From Patescibacteria group bacterium (GTDB lineage: Bacteria; Patescibacteriota; Patescibacteriia; JAXHNJ01): a stretch of DNA of 64,000 nt. The notes below the pieces were generated by a model, which was given only the letters and a program-made list of their open reading frames with translations, was not told the origin of the DNA and ran no database searches. Made by a program: the position numbers and the translations under genes. The DNA lies in NCBI GenBank assembly GCA_034520665.1, contig JAXHNJ010000001.1, forward strand, positions 2,579 through 66,578. Reading direction: 5' to 3'. How positions within the stretch are numbered: position 1 is the first letter of the stretch; the number at the start of each line of letters is the position of its first letter. Positions 47,401 through 60,054 of the stretch are shown here, piece after piece.

Positions 47401-48474
47401 ATGCCCACCGGAGAAAAGATAATTTTAGATAAAATATTATCTACTGGCGCTGAATATAATGCCAGTGATTTTCATTTAACTGTCGGCAATCCACCTATCT
47501 TGCGGGTAGATGGCAAGTTAGTGCCTTTGACTGATCAGCCAGTAATTAATCCGGATTTTATGAAAGACATGGTAAATAATATTTTAAATGATAAGCAAAA
47601 AAATAAATTAGAAAAGGAAAAAGAAATTGTTTTGGCTCATACCATGTCCAATAAATCAAGATTTAAAATTAGTATTTTTTATCAAAAAGGTTATTTGGCC
47701 GCTTCTTTGCGCCTGATTGATAAAAAAATTAAAAATTTGGATGAATTAGGCTTACCCGGAGTGATTAAAAAATTTACTGAGATTGAAAAAGGATTAGTTA
47801 TTATAAGCGGTCCTTTTGGTTCCGGGCGAACCTCAACTATCTCGGCTATTATTAATGAAATCAATAAAAATAGAGCTGATCATATTATTACTATTGAAAA
47901 ACCAATAGAGCATATTTATATCAATAACAAGTCAATAATTGAACAGAGAGAAGTAGGCCGGGATACTAAGTCATTTACCCAGGCTTTGAATACAGCCTCA
48001 CATGAAGACGTGGATGTGATTTATGTTTCAGAGGTTGAAAAGCTGGAAGTGGCTGAAGCTATGTTAAATGCCGCTGAATCCTCTCGCTTAGTTATTTGCT
48101 CTATGAATACTGATTCAGTTTTACGGACTATTGAAAAAATTATTTCTTTTTTCCCCGAAGACAGAGAAGAACAAATAAGAAATCAATTTGCCGGTGTTTT
48201 GTCAGGTATAGTTTCACAAAGGCTGCTGCCCCGGGTGGGCGGCGGACGTATTGCTGTGGCGGAAGTTATGATCCCTAATGATGCGGTACGATCAGTTATT
48301 CGTGAGGGAGCTATTTATCAAATCAATAATGTTCTCCAGACTTCCAGAGATGAAGGTATGATTTCTCTTGATAAATCTTTATCCGAGTTAACAAAAACCG
48401 GTGAAATACTAAGAGAAGACGCTTTAACTAATGCTAATGATAAGCAAAATATTAAATCAATGATAAAACGTTAA
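47401..48474 (+). CDS. PilT-like retraction ATPase paralog with degenerate Walker A (GPFGSGRTST) and no His-box histidine
   Basis: Aligns to the PilT core (GLVIISGPFGSGRTSTISAIINEINKNRADHIITIE), but Walker A has Lys replaced by Arg and the TLHT His-box reads CSMNT. Confidence 0.7.
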   Translation: MPTGEKIILDKILSTGAEYNASDFHLTVGNPPILRVDGKLVPLTDQPVINPDFMKDMVNNILNDKQKNKLEKEKEIVLAHTMSNKSRFKISIFYQKGYLAASLRLIDKKIKNLDELGLPGVIKKFTEIEKGLVIISGPFGSGRTSTISAIINEINKNRADHIITIEKPIEHIYINNKSIIEQREVGRDTKSFTQALNTASHEDVDVIYVSEVEKLEVAEAMLNAAESSRLVICSMNTDSVLRTIEKIISFFPEDREEQIRNQFAGVLSGIVSQRLLPRVGGGRIAVAEVMIPNDAVRSVIREGAIYQINNVLQTSRDEGMISLDKSLSELTKTGEILREDALTNANDKQNIKSMIKR

Positions 48475-48482
48475 GATAAATT

Positions 48483-49691
48483 ATGGCCGTTTTTGATTAT
48501 AAAGCAAAAAATAAATCAGGGGATACAGTCAATGGGGCGGTAGAGGCGCCTTCAGAAAATGTCGCTCAGGAAGTTCTGCGCGACAAGGGCTTGATTGTCC
48601 TTTCGGTTAATGAACGGAGTAAAATAACTCTTTTTCAGTCTACTTTTGGTTTTTTGAAAAGAGTGCCGCGCAAAGACGTGGTTATGTTTTCCCGCCAATT
48701 AGCGGTTTTAATTGCGGCCACGGTGCCGATTGTTCAAGCCTTGCGCATATTGGTGAAGCAGCAGAAGAATGTTAATTTTAAAATAATTTTATCAGAAATT
48801 GCTGATGAAGTCGACGGCGGGGCCCGGCTCTCCCAAACCTTGGGAAAATATCCTCAGGTTTTTTCTGATTTTTTTGTTCATATGATTCGTTCTGGTGAAA
48901 CCACTGGTAAACTAGATGAAACTTTAAATTATCTGGCTGATCAGCAGGAGAGGGATTATGACTTAATGAGTAAGATTAAAGGAGCCATGATTTATCCGGT
49001 ATTTATTGTCGGCGGTATGATCGCGGTGGGTGTTTTAATGATGATTTTTGTGCTGCCAAAGTTAACCGAAGTTTTGGAACAAGGCGGCGGTGAACTGCCT
49101 TGGTCCACTAAGTTGGTTATGGGGACTAGCGGATTTTTACAAAGTAAGTGGTGGCTCTTGCTTTTGATAATTATAATACTAGTAGCGGTTTTTATTTTAA
49201 TCAGAAAAAATCCGGCTGGCCAGAGAAAGCTGGATGAGCTAAAAATGCGTCTGCCGGTTTTTGGCCAAATTTACCAAAATATTTATTTAGTCCGTTTTTC
49301 TCGCAGTCTTGCTACTCTTCTTGTCTCTGGGGTTACTTTAACAAAATCTTTGGAAATTACCGGTGATATTGTCGGTAATCTTTTGTATAAGGAATTAGTA
49401 GAGGATACTATTGAGGACGTAGAATCGGGAAAGTCTATTGCCACTAGTTTTTTAAAAAGTAAAGCCGTACCGGTAATGCTGCCCCATATGATGGCTATTG
49501 GTGAACAAACCGGTAAAATGGACTTAATTTTAGACAAAATTTCCGGATTTTACGCTCGCGAGCTGGAAAATACAGTGAATAATTTAGTTAGCCTGATCCA
49601 GCCCTTTATTCTTGTAATTATGGGTATTGGCGTAGCCGTAATGGTTATGTCTATATTACTACCGATGTATAATTTGTCGCAAGCTGTATAA
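48483..49691 (+). CDS. pilC: Type IV pilus inner-membrane platform protein PilC (GspF family)
   Basis: Two GspF-type repeats and three TM regions. 402 aa. Confidence 0.85.
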   Translation: MAVFDYKAKNKSGDTVNGAVEAPSENVAQEVLRDKGLIVLSVNERSKITLFQSTFGFLKRVPRKDVVMFSRQLAVLIAATVPIVQALRILVKQQKNVNFKIILSEIADEVDGGARLSQTLGKYPQVFSDFFVHMIRSGETTGKLDETLNYLADQQERDYDLMSKIKGAMIYPVFIVGGMIAVGVLMMIFVLPKLTEVLEQGGGELPWSTKLVMGTSGFLQSKWWLLLLIIIILVAVFILIRKNPAGQRKLDELKMRLPVFGQIYQNIYLVRFSRSLATLLVSGVTLTKSLEITGDIVGNLLYKELVEDTIEDVESGKSIATSFLKSKAVPVMLPHMMAIGEQTGKMDLILDKISGFYARELENTVNNLVSLIQPFILVIMGIGVAVMVMSILLPMYNLSQAV

Positions 49692-49747
49692 ATAAGCCTT
49701 ATTATGCTATAATTTAGGGGCAGATAAGGATAAAAAAGTTTTTAAAC

Positions 49748-49776
49748 TTGACAAAATATATAATATTTGTTAAAAT
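49748..49776 (+). promoter_or_regulatory. Sigma70-like promoter for the major pilin gene (TTGACA-N17-TAAAAT)
   Basis: Consensus -35, a 17-nt spacer and an AT-rich -10. Strong RBS aagggagg upstream of the ATG at 49898. Confidence 0.5.
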
Positions 49777-49897
49777 ATAAGTAGTCGAGATATAAAGATA
49801 AACAATAATTTTCAGAATTTTCATAATTTGTTGTCAGGCTAGTCGATTACTGATAACAAAAAGAAAACTGAAAAACAAAAAGAAGGGAGGTGACAAA

Positions 49898-50437
49898 ATG
49901 AAAAACAAAAAAGGTTTTACTTTAATTGAATTGTTAGTGGTTATTGCTATTATTGGTATTTTGTCAGCCATTGGTTTGGTGGCTTTGAACGGAGCTCGTG
50001 AAAAAGCTCGTGACGCCCAGGCCAAGTCTGACTTAGGCCAGATTAGAACCGCTTTGACTCTTTATAACGATGATGAAGGGGAATATCCTGACGCCGCTAC
50101 TTTAGTAAGTATTAATGCTAGTATTATGGGTACCGATTTAGTGCCTGATTATTTGGGTACAGCATTAACTCCACCTGATGGAGCAACTGCAATAGGCTCA
50201 ACTACTTCATTTGATAGAGTATACTATTATATTGAAGATGATGCTGAAAATACTTTTGGATTAGCTTATATCCTAGAAGGAGGCGGTGGTGATTCGGTTT
50301 ATTTTCTTAACTCTGATGGAGGCTCGGGAGAGTTAGATATTACTGAGCCAGTCGATGAGGCCGCTTTTATAGATAGTGTTGAATGTTTAGATAGCACAAG
50401 CGGTAGCTTAGATATATGTGAGGGTGTTATTAATTAA
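49898..50437 (+). CDS. pilA: Type IV major pilin (prepilin-type N-terminal cleavage/methylation)
   Basis: [19 protein letters not shown] class III signal (G-1, E+5). 179 aa. Own promoter and terminator. Confidence 0.85.
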   Translation: MKNKKGFTLIELLVVIAIIGILSAIGLVALNGAREKARDAQAKSDLGQIRTALTLYNDDEGEYPDAATLVSINASIMGTDLVPDYLGTALTPPDGATAIGSTTSFDRVYYYIEDDAENTFGLAYILEGGGGDSVYFLNSDGGSGELDITEPVDEAAFIDSVECLDSTSGSLDICEGVIN

Positions 50438-50505
50438 CCCATAGAAAATCTCTAAAGATATTATTGATACAGGAATAAGCAAAAAAACACTTATTTATAT
50501 AGAGG

Positions 50506-50541
50506 AAAGGACCTTTATTAAAAGAGGTCCTTTTTCTTTTT
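50506..50541 (+). terminator. Rho-independent terminator after the major pilin gene
   Basis: AAAGGACC-tttattaaaaga-GGTCCTTT followed by a T-run. Confidence 0.75.
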
Positions 50542-50565
50542 ATAAATATTTGTTATAATTTATAT

Positions 50566-50976
50566 ATGAATAATAAAGGCTTAAATTTAAAAGAATTAAT
50601 TATATTCACGGCTTTGCTTTTACTGATTATTGTTTTGGGGATTTTACTTCTTCGCAGTGAAAGAGCCCGAGTTAGGGACGCTAAAAGAGTAGCTGATATG
50701 ACGCGTCTGCGCTATGGTTTTGAAATACTATTTAATGAAGAGAATAGCTACGCTCCGGCCGCTGAAGGATGTGAGCAGGAAAATTCTTTAGCCTCAAAGT
50801 GTAATTTGAGTCAATATTTGCCTAATATTTCTTCTATCAAAGATCCGGGTAAATACAGTTATCAAGTAAAATCAGTACCGGATAAAGAAAATTATGTTAT
50901 AAGTTTTTCTTTGGAAAAAGATTATGATGGTTTAGTAGCTGGCAAACACCTTTTAGACTCAAACGGCATACATTAA
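50566..50976 (+). CDS. Minor pilin-like protein (non-canonical prepilin signal KG|LNLKEL)
   Basis: G at -1 and E at +5 relative to the predicted cleavage site. Hydrophobic helix follows. Confidence 0.55.
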   Translation: MNNKGLNLKELIIFTALLLLIIVLGILLLRSERARVRDAKRVADMTRLRYGFEILFNEENSYAPAAEGCEQENSLASKCNLSQYLPNISSIKDPGKYSYQVKSVPDKENYVISFSLEKDYDGLVAGKHLLDSNGIH

Positions 50977-52321
50977 TGGTGTTTGAAAGTTTGAATTTTT
51001 TCAAGCAGAGATAAATCTTTTGCCTACGCGTTGAGTAGTAGGTGTTTCTTCTTTTTGAATCGCTATTGATTTATCTTTGTTTTTTAATTCATCCTCATTC
51101 CGCGTCGGTGGAGATCCTCATCTCCACTTTAACAATAGTAAGCGGTGTCCACGCGAAAGCGTGAGAATGTATCAATTTTTTTGTTAACATAGCGCCGGAT
51201 AAATCCGGCGCCAGGGTGTTAAATAATATAAAATACAACCCGGCGTAACATCCATATGGCGACATTTTAAAAAGATTACTCCACGAGTATAAATTAATTA
51301 GTATTAAAACAAAGGGTTTTGGGCCGAGCCGCTAGTTTGGTTATTAGGCTGAGTCAATGGTTTTTTATTCCAAACCCACCACCAAAACCTTACTAGCTGC
51401 TATAACCATAACCAATTAGCAAAACATAAATCGCCGGATAAATCCGGCGCCTTCACTTCTCCATCCGCGTAGCTGGAGATTTATCTCCAGGGGTTAGAAT
51501 AATTCGGGTAGAGGTGAGCCCTCGCTCGCCTCTAAAATAAGGCCAAAGCGAGGGCTTTGGCCGACCCTTTTTATTATAAATACTAAAATAATTTTCAAAA
51601 AGCTAAATTCTCTAAAATTATTAATCTGTCTTCATTAAATAATCATTTAAATAATAATTCCTATAACCTGAGTATTTATAATCTTCCGAATTTTTAAAGC
51701 TTTTATAAAATACTCTATTATTTTATCGCGAGAAGAACTGGTCCCCAGACCTGTTCTGGCAATATATTTACTAAGCTCAAGGCCGAGTGACTAGAGCTTC
51801 TCGGTGAGTTAAAGATTTAATAATCTATTTTTTCTCGAGAAGGTTGGATCTCCTGATCCAACCGAATAAGGTGACGCGGATCAGGAGATCCGCGCTTCTC
51901 GGGTAATTTTAAGGGCTTCCTTGGCAGTTTGTTTTATACTAGGTAGAGGCGGGTCATGGCTCGTCTCTAGGCCTGGTCTATTAATATTAAAAATAAATTT
52001 AAACAAAAGCATAATATTTGAAATATTTAATATATTGCGGGAATAGGCATTCCCGGCTAGGCGGTTTTATTTAAAGGCGGAGATAAATCTCCGCCTACGC
52101 GAAAACAAACATCTTTATCTGCGTCGGTGGAGATCTCCATCTCCACATTAATAATAGTAAGTGGTGTCCACGCGAAAGCGTGAGAATGTATCAATTTTTT
52201 TGTTAACATAGCGCCGGATAAATTCGGCGCCTTCACCTCTTCATCCGCGTAGCTGGAGATTTATCTCCAGATTCATCTTCGGTTTAAATAAGGTCTTTTT
52301 TATGGTATAATATAATAAAGT
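50977..52321. repeat. 1.35-kb noncoding region dense in GC-rich hairpin repeats (GGAGAT...ATCTCC cores, GCGCCGGAT-AAA-TCCGGCGC, CACGC-GAAA-GCGTG)
   Basis: Composite units at ~51001..51217, 51425..51490 and 52076..52270 are near-identical. Additional hairpins at 51497..51560, 51843..51894, 51930..51962 and 52037..52056. No ORF of 60 aa or more. Confidence 0.8.
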
Positions 52322-53092
52322 ATGAGCATTATTTATTATTTATTAATCTTTATTTTTGGCCTCATTGGTGGCAGTTTTTTAAATGCGGTTATTTACCGTC
52401 TTCATGCGAAAAAGTCATTTTTAAAGGGACGTTCATTTTGCCCTCATTGCCAACATCAGCTAAAAACCGCTGATTTAATACCACTTTTCAGCTTTATTTT
52501 TTTAAAAGGTCAATGCCGCTATTGCCAAAAAAAAATATCCTGGCAGTATCCTCTGGTGGAATTAGCAACCGCTTTGTGTTTTTGTCTTTTATTTTTTCGT
52601 TTTAACTGGTCTTTAGAATTTATTTTTTATCTGGTTATTACTCTTTTTCTGATTATTATTTTTGTTTATGACTGGCGCTATCATCTTATTTTAGATAAGG
52701 TCAGTATAACGGCTGTGATTTTGGCTTTAATTTTTAGTTTAATATTAGGCTTATCAATTTATAGCCTTTTATTAGGCGCTTTGATTGGTGGCGGTTTTTT
52801 CTTTTTGCAGTATTTAATATCAAAAGGTAAATGGATTGGCGGCGGTGATATTCGTTTGGGAGTTTTAATGGGTTTTATACTGGGCTGGCAAAAAATTTTA
52901 GTAGCGCTGTTTTTAGCTTATTTTGTTGGCGCTGTATTTGCCATATTTTTAATAATATTAAAGAATAAGAAATTAAAAAGTCATCTGCCTTTTGGCACTT
53001 TTTTAACTGCCGGAACTTTTGTGGCTCTGCTTTGGGGCCAAGTAATTATAGACTGGTATTTATCGGGGAGTTTAGTCAATTGGTTTTATTAA
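52322..53092 (+). CDS. pilD: Prepilin peptidase PilD (A24 family)
   Basis: N-terminal zinc-binding CPHC...CRYC, multiple TM helices, catalytic Asp-containing segments. Confidence 0.85.
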   Translation: MSIIYYLLIFIFGLIGGSFLNAVIYRLHAKKSFLKGRSFCPHCQHQLKTADLIPLFSFIFLKGQCRYCQKKISWQYPLVELATALCFCLLFFRFNWSLEFIFYLVITLFLIIIFVYDWRYHLILDKVSITAVILALIFSLILGLSIYSLLLGALIGGGFFFLQYLISKGKWIGGGDIRLGVLMGFILGWQKILVALFLAYFVGAVFAIFLIILKNKKLKSHLPFGTFLTAGTFVALLWGQVIIDWYLSGSLVNWFY

Positions 53093-53095
53093 ATT

Positions 53096-53788
53096 ATGAA
53101 ATTATCATCAAGAAAAAAAGGTTTTACCCTAATTGAAATAATTGTTTCTTTTGCGGTTTTTACTATATTAATGGGGGTGGTTATTTTTGGCTTCCAAGAC
53201 ACCAAGAAACATGAAGAATTGCGTGGGGCTAGTTTACAGATGGTGAGCAATATTAAAAAGGTGCAAAATTACGCTCAGACTGGCCATGAATTTGAAGATG
53301 AGGTACCGGCCGGTGGCTATGGTTTGCATATAGATTTGAGTAATCAATCCCAGTATTTATTGTTTGCTGATAAATCATCTGTTAGTACGGCTACTGGTTG
53401 TGTTGATGATGCTGGTAATCAAAGATATGATAATGAAGATGGCTACAGTCCGTCTTGTATTGAGGATAAGATAATCGGAGCTGGGCAGGTTAATTTTGAT
53501 CAAGGAGTTACCATAAACAAAATTGAAGTAAAAGAAATAAATAAAAGCGAAATTATTTTGGATACAAGCCATGATTTTGATCTTACTTTTAAAAATCTTA
53601 AACCCTTCCCTTTTATTGGTTGGCTCAATCAAAATATCAACCGAGATCCGGGTAATGAAAATTTTAATTCTGAAAAAATAGAATATGTTAATATTTATTT
53701 GAGTCATGAAGACTTAAATAAATGCCGTAAAATTCATATTATTGGCGCTTCCGGTGCTGTTAATGAAGAGAGTTCAGATTGCCCCTAA
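53096..53788 (+). CDS. Pilin-like protein (prepilin signal [13 protein letters not shown])
   Basis: Class III signal peptide with E+5. Confidence 0.75.
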   Translation: MKLSSRKKGFTLIEIIVSFAVFTILMGVVIFGFQDTKKHEELRGASLQMVSNIKKVQNYAQTGHEFEDEVPAGGYGLHIDLSNQSQYLLFADKSSVSTATGCVDDAGNQRYDNEDGYSPSCIEDKIIGAGQVNFDQGVTINKIEVKEINKSEIILDTSHDFDLTFKNLKPFPFIGWLNQNINRDPGNENFNSEKIEYVNIYLSHEDLNKCRKIHIIGASGAVNEESSDCP

Positions 53789-53798
53789 ATTAAAAATT

Positions 53799-54350
53799 AT
53801 GAGAATATTTAGAAAAATCAAAAATAAAATTAAAGGTATGTCGCTGATGGAGACTATTTTAGCCGTGGGTTTGGTGATGTCAGTCATTATTGGTTCTTTA
53901 ACTATTGGCATCTACACCACTCGTATTGGCCGCAGCAGCCAGAATCGCTTAATTGCTATAAATTTAGCACAAGAAGGGGTTGAAGTAGTGAGAAATATAA
54001 GAGATACAAACTGGCTTAAGGAAAATTCTTGGAATGATGGTTTAGCGGAAGGAACTTATAAGATTGATCAATACGTACTAACAAGCCCTCCGGAAAAATG
54101 GTTCCAAAAATTGAAAGGAGCTGGAAACTGTGATGATAGCAATCCTTGCTGGCTATATTTAGATAATGATTATGGTTTTTATTCGCTTAATTCAACTGCA
54201 GGAAAAAACACGGGATTTTCTCGTGTTATTGAAATAACAAATATTGATGTCAATACAATTCAGGTGGTCTCAAGAATTAACTGGCAGGAAAATGGGAAAG
54301 ATAAAGAATATTTAATAGAAGAAAAATTAACTGACTGGCGCGATGATTAA
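53799..54350 (+). CDS. Pilin/pseudopilin-like protein (KG|MSLMETI)
   Basis: Start chosen at the internal ATG preceding the KGMSLMETILAVGLV prepilin signal. The ORF track begins earlier at 53742. Confidence 0.6.
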   Translation: MRIFRKIKNKIKGMSLMETILAVGLVMSVIIGSLTIGIYTTRIGRSSQNRLIAINLAQEGVEVVRNIRDTNWLKENSWNDGLAEGTYKIDQYVLTSPPEKWFQKLKGAGNCDDSNPCWLYLDNDYGFYSLNSTAGKNTGFSRVIEITNIDVNTIQVVSRINWQENGKDKEYLIEEKLTDWRDD

Positions 54351-55032
54351 TATATTTAAAAATAATAAAAAAGGTTTTACCTTATTGGAGATGCTAATTT
54401 CAGCGTCTATTTTTGCTATTACGGTAGTGATTGGAGTGGATATATTTTTTGGGGTAGCCCGGATGCAGAAGAGAACTACTTATGTCCAAAATGTGCAAGC
54501 TGACGCCCGGTATGTCCTGGAAGAAATGGCTAAACAGCTCCGGCAGGGGATGATAAATTACCAGTGGTATGATAAAGAAAATTCTCCAGTTAAAGAAAAA
54601 ATACCGCTTTCAGATTTAAGAGATAACAGCCATGAAGATAATAAAATTTTAGCCACTAAAGACTTGGACGGCAATCAATTCTTTTTTGAAAGGGTACCAG
54701 AAGGTACCTTGCATGATGGCTCTGTTCGCTATGTAATGAAAGTTTGTTCTATTGATATTACCGGCGGTGACGATTTAGATAAATGTGATGACCGAACAAA
54801 TAATAGTAGTTGGCAAATAGTAACTCCAAACGAAATAAATGTTGATAAATTTTACCTTTTTGTTTCTCCCTCAAAAGATCCTTTTGTATTAGATGAGAAT
54901 TCTCAATATGAAGCCAACCAGCAGCCGATGGTAACTATTGTTTTTCACACCTCAACTGACCGGCCCGAAAAAGAATATCAAATTGATACCAAGTTATCAA
55001 CCACTATTTCCTCGCGTATTTACAAAAGATAA
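54343..55032 (+). CDS. Pilin-like protein (KKGFTLLEMLISASIFAITVVIG)
   Basis: Canonical prepilin cleavage motif. Confidence 0.75.
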   Translation: MINIFKNNKKGFTLLEMLISASIFAITVVIGVDIFFGVARMQKRTTYVQNVQADARYVLEEMAKQLRQGMINYQWYDKENSPVKEKIPLSDLRDNSHEDNKILATKDLDGNQFFFERVPEGTLHDGSVRYVMKVCSIDITGGDDLDKCDDRTNNSSWQIVTPNEINVDKFYLFVSPSKDPFVLDENSQYEANQQPMVTIVFHTSTDRPEKEYQIDTKLSTTISSRIYKR

Positions 55033-55037
55033 ATTTT

Positions 55038-57882
<2,845 letters not shown>

Positions 57883-57899
57883 TTAGTTATAATAAAGCT

Positions 57900-58187
57900 A
57901 TGAAAATATCAAAAAAAGAAGTAAAACATATTGCCAGTTTGGCCCGGCTAGATCTCACCGAGCCGGAAAAAAATAAATTTTCCCAGGAACTAACTTCGGT
58001 TATTGATTATATTGACCAACTAAAAAAAATTAAAACAAAAAAGACTAAACCTCTTTACCAAACCGGAGTTTCGGCCAATAACACCGCCAGAGATAGGGTA
58101 AACCAATCTAGTAATCAAGATAATATTAAAAAAGAGTTTCCTGAAGAAGAAGATGATTATCTTAAAATTAACAAGGTTTTTGAATAA
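57900..58187 (+). CDS. gatC: Asp/Glu-tRNA amidotransferase subunit C
   Basis: ISKKEVKHIASLARLDLTEPEKNKFSQELTSVIDYIDQL. 95 aa. Overlaps the gatA start. Confidence 0.85.
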   Translation: MKISKKEVKHIASLARLDLTEPEKNKFSQELTSVIDYIDQLKKIKTKKTKPLYQTGVSANNTARDRVNQSSNQDNIKKEFPEEEDDYLKINKVFE

Positions 58188-59626
58188 TGAAATTTGATAA
58201 GCTAAGTATTAAAAAAGCTCATCAGGGCCTTATAAACCAGGATTTTTCGGCTCAGGAGTTAACAGAGTATTATTTAAAAAAGATAGAAGAAAAAAACAAA
58301 TCATTAAATGCTTTTTTGCAGTTAAACAAAGATTTAGCCTTGGATCAGGCTAAAAAAGTAGATAATAAAATTAGCCAGGGAGAAGACTTAAGTGCTTTGG
58401 CTGGTTTGCCTATGGCTATGAAGGACAATATTCTGGTTAAAGGTTTACCAGCCACAGCTGGCTCAAAAATTTTAGAAAACTATCGGGCCGTTTATGACGC
58501 CACTGTGGCTAAAAAATTAAAAAATAATAATTTTATACATTTGGGACGCACAAATTTAGATGAATTTGCTATGGGCTCATCTTGTGAAAATTCAGCCTTT
58601 GGCCCGACAAAAAATCCGCTTGACCTCACTCGGGTGCCCGGAGGTTCATCCGGCGGCAGTGCCGCGGCCGTGGCGGCCGATATGGCTTTGTACGCTTTGG
58701 GCTCGGACACTGGCGGTTCTGTACGGCAGCCAGCCGCTTTCTGCGGCTTGGTCGGCCTCAAGCCGACCTACGGCCGCGTCTCACGCTATGGTTTATTCTC
58801 TCTTACTTCTTCAACGGATGTCATTGGCTCTTTAACCCGCTCGGTTCCAGACGCTGCTTTTGTTTTAGAAGGTATAGCCGGTTTTGATAAAAAAGATTCA
58901 ACCAGCGCTAATAAAAAAGTGGAAAATTATTCTAAGGATATTGATAAACATCCCGGCCGTTTAAAAATAGGTCTACCTAAAGAGTATTTTGGCGACCAGT
59001 TAGATAACGATATTAAAAAGAGTTTGAATAAAGTAATAGAAAATATGGGACACGATAAATTTGAAATAAAAAAAATTTCCTTACCGCACACAGAATATGC
59101 CGTAGCCACTTATTATATTGTTAATCCTTGCGAGGCTTCTTCCAACCTGGCTCGTTATGATGGTATTCGTTATGGAAGACGAGATAAAGAAAGTGAAAAT
59201 TTACGGCAAACCTATATTAATTCCCGAGTAAAAGGCCTAGGAGCTGAACCCAAGCGCCGTATTATGCTGGGCACCTATGCTCTTTCCTCGGGCTATTTTG
59301 AGGCTTATTATCTCAAGGCGCAAAAAGTAAGAAGATTGATTTATGAGGATTTTATTAAATCTTTTGAAAAAGTTGATATTATTATTACTCCGACTGTGCC
59401 GACGGTTGCTTTTAAACTAGGGGAAAAACAAGAGCCCTTATCTATGTATTTATCGGATATATTCTTAAGTGGCGTCAGCTTAGCTGGGTTGCCGGCTTTG
59501 AGTCTGCCTTTTTATGGAAAGAAAAAACTGCCTTATTCACTCCAGCTTATCTCACCTCATTTTACCGAAAAAAAGCTTCTCAATTTTGGTAATTATATGG
59601 AAAAAAATTATTTGATAAAAAAGTAA
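58187..59626 (+). CDS. gatA: Asp/Glu-tRNA amidotransferase subunit A (amidase signature)
   Basis: Amidase signature GGSSGGSAAAVAA. 479 aa. Confidence 0.95.
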   Translation: MKFDKLSIKKAHQGLINQDFSAQELTEYYLKKIEEKNKSLNAFLQLNKDLALDQAKKVDNKISQGEDLSALAGLPMAMKDNILVKGLPATAGSKILENYRAVYDATVAKKLKNNNFIHLGRTNLDEFAMGSSCENSAFGPTKNPLDLTRVPGGSSGGSAAAVAADMALYALGSDTGGSVRQPAAFCGLVGLKPTYGRVSRYGLFSLTSSTDVIGSLTRSVPDAAFVLEGIAGFDKKDSTSANKKVENYSKDIDKHPGRLKIGLPKEYFGDQLDNDIKKSLNKVIENMGHDKFEIKKISLPHTEYAVATYYIVNPCEASSNLARYDGIRYGRRDKESENLRQTYINSRVKGLGAEPKRRIMLGTYALSSGYFEAYYLKAQKVRRLIYEDFIKSFEKVDIIITPTVPTVAFKLGEKQEPLSMYLSDIFLSGVSLAGLPALSLPFYGKKKLPYSLQLISPHFTEKKLLNFGNYMEKNYLIKK

Positions 59627-59664
59627 ATAACTGATATAATGTTATTAATTAATAATGAAAAAAT

Positions 59665-60039
59665 ATGACAAACAAAACTAAAATTTTACTAGTAGAAGAC
59701 GAGAAAACGCTTTCTGACATGTATAAAACCAAGTTTGAAATGGAAAATTATGAAATTATTCAATCTTTTGACGGTAAAGATGGTTTGGAAAAAGCCAAAA
59801 AAATAGATCCGGATATAATTCTATTGGATATTATACTGCCTAAGTTAGATGGTTTTTTGGTTTTGAAAGATTTAAAGTCAGATGATCAATTAAAGAAAAT
59901 TCCGGTTTTGCTTTTGACTAATTTGGGTCAGGAAGATGACATTAAAAAAGGCAAGAAACTGGGAGCTGACGGCTATTTTGTCAAAGCCAATCATAACCCA
60001 GCGGAAATAGTTGACAAGGTTAGAGAACAATTAAAATAA
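59665..60039 (+). CDS. Stand-alone response-regulator receiver domain (paralog of 47004..47399)
   Basis: ILLVEDE...LLDIILPKLDGF...LLTNLGQ. Confidence 0.8.
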   Translation: MTNKTKILLVEDEKTLSDMYKTKFEMENYEIIQSFDGKDGLEKAKKIDPDIILLDIILPKLDGFLVLKDLKSDDQLKKIPVLLLTNLGQEDDIKKGKKLGADGYFVKANHNPAEIVDKVREQLK

Positions 60040-60054
60040 ATAAAATAAAAATAT

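Noticed and set aside
51314-51383. tRNA-like segment GGGTTTTGGG...CCAAACCCACCA inside the hairpin-repeat island
   Set aside because: The acceptor-like ends pair, but I cannot form D, anticodon and T arms. It is kept only as part of the insertion described in the repeat-island finding.
50977-52321. Possible CRISPR array
   Set aside because: The repeats are not regularly spaced, the units differ in length and they are palindromic composites. No cas genes are adjacent.
53375-53707. 110-aa minus-strand ORF inside the pilin-like gene 53096..53788
   Set aside because: It is antisense to a gene with a canonical prepilin signal.
58492-59109. Small ORFs on both strands within gatA
   Set aside because: gatA is unambiguous (amidase signature). 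The overlapping ORFs are GC-richer shadow frames.
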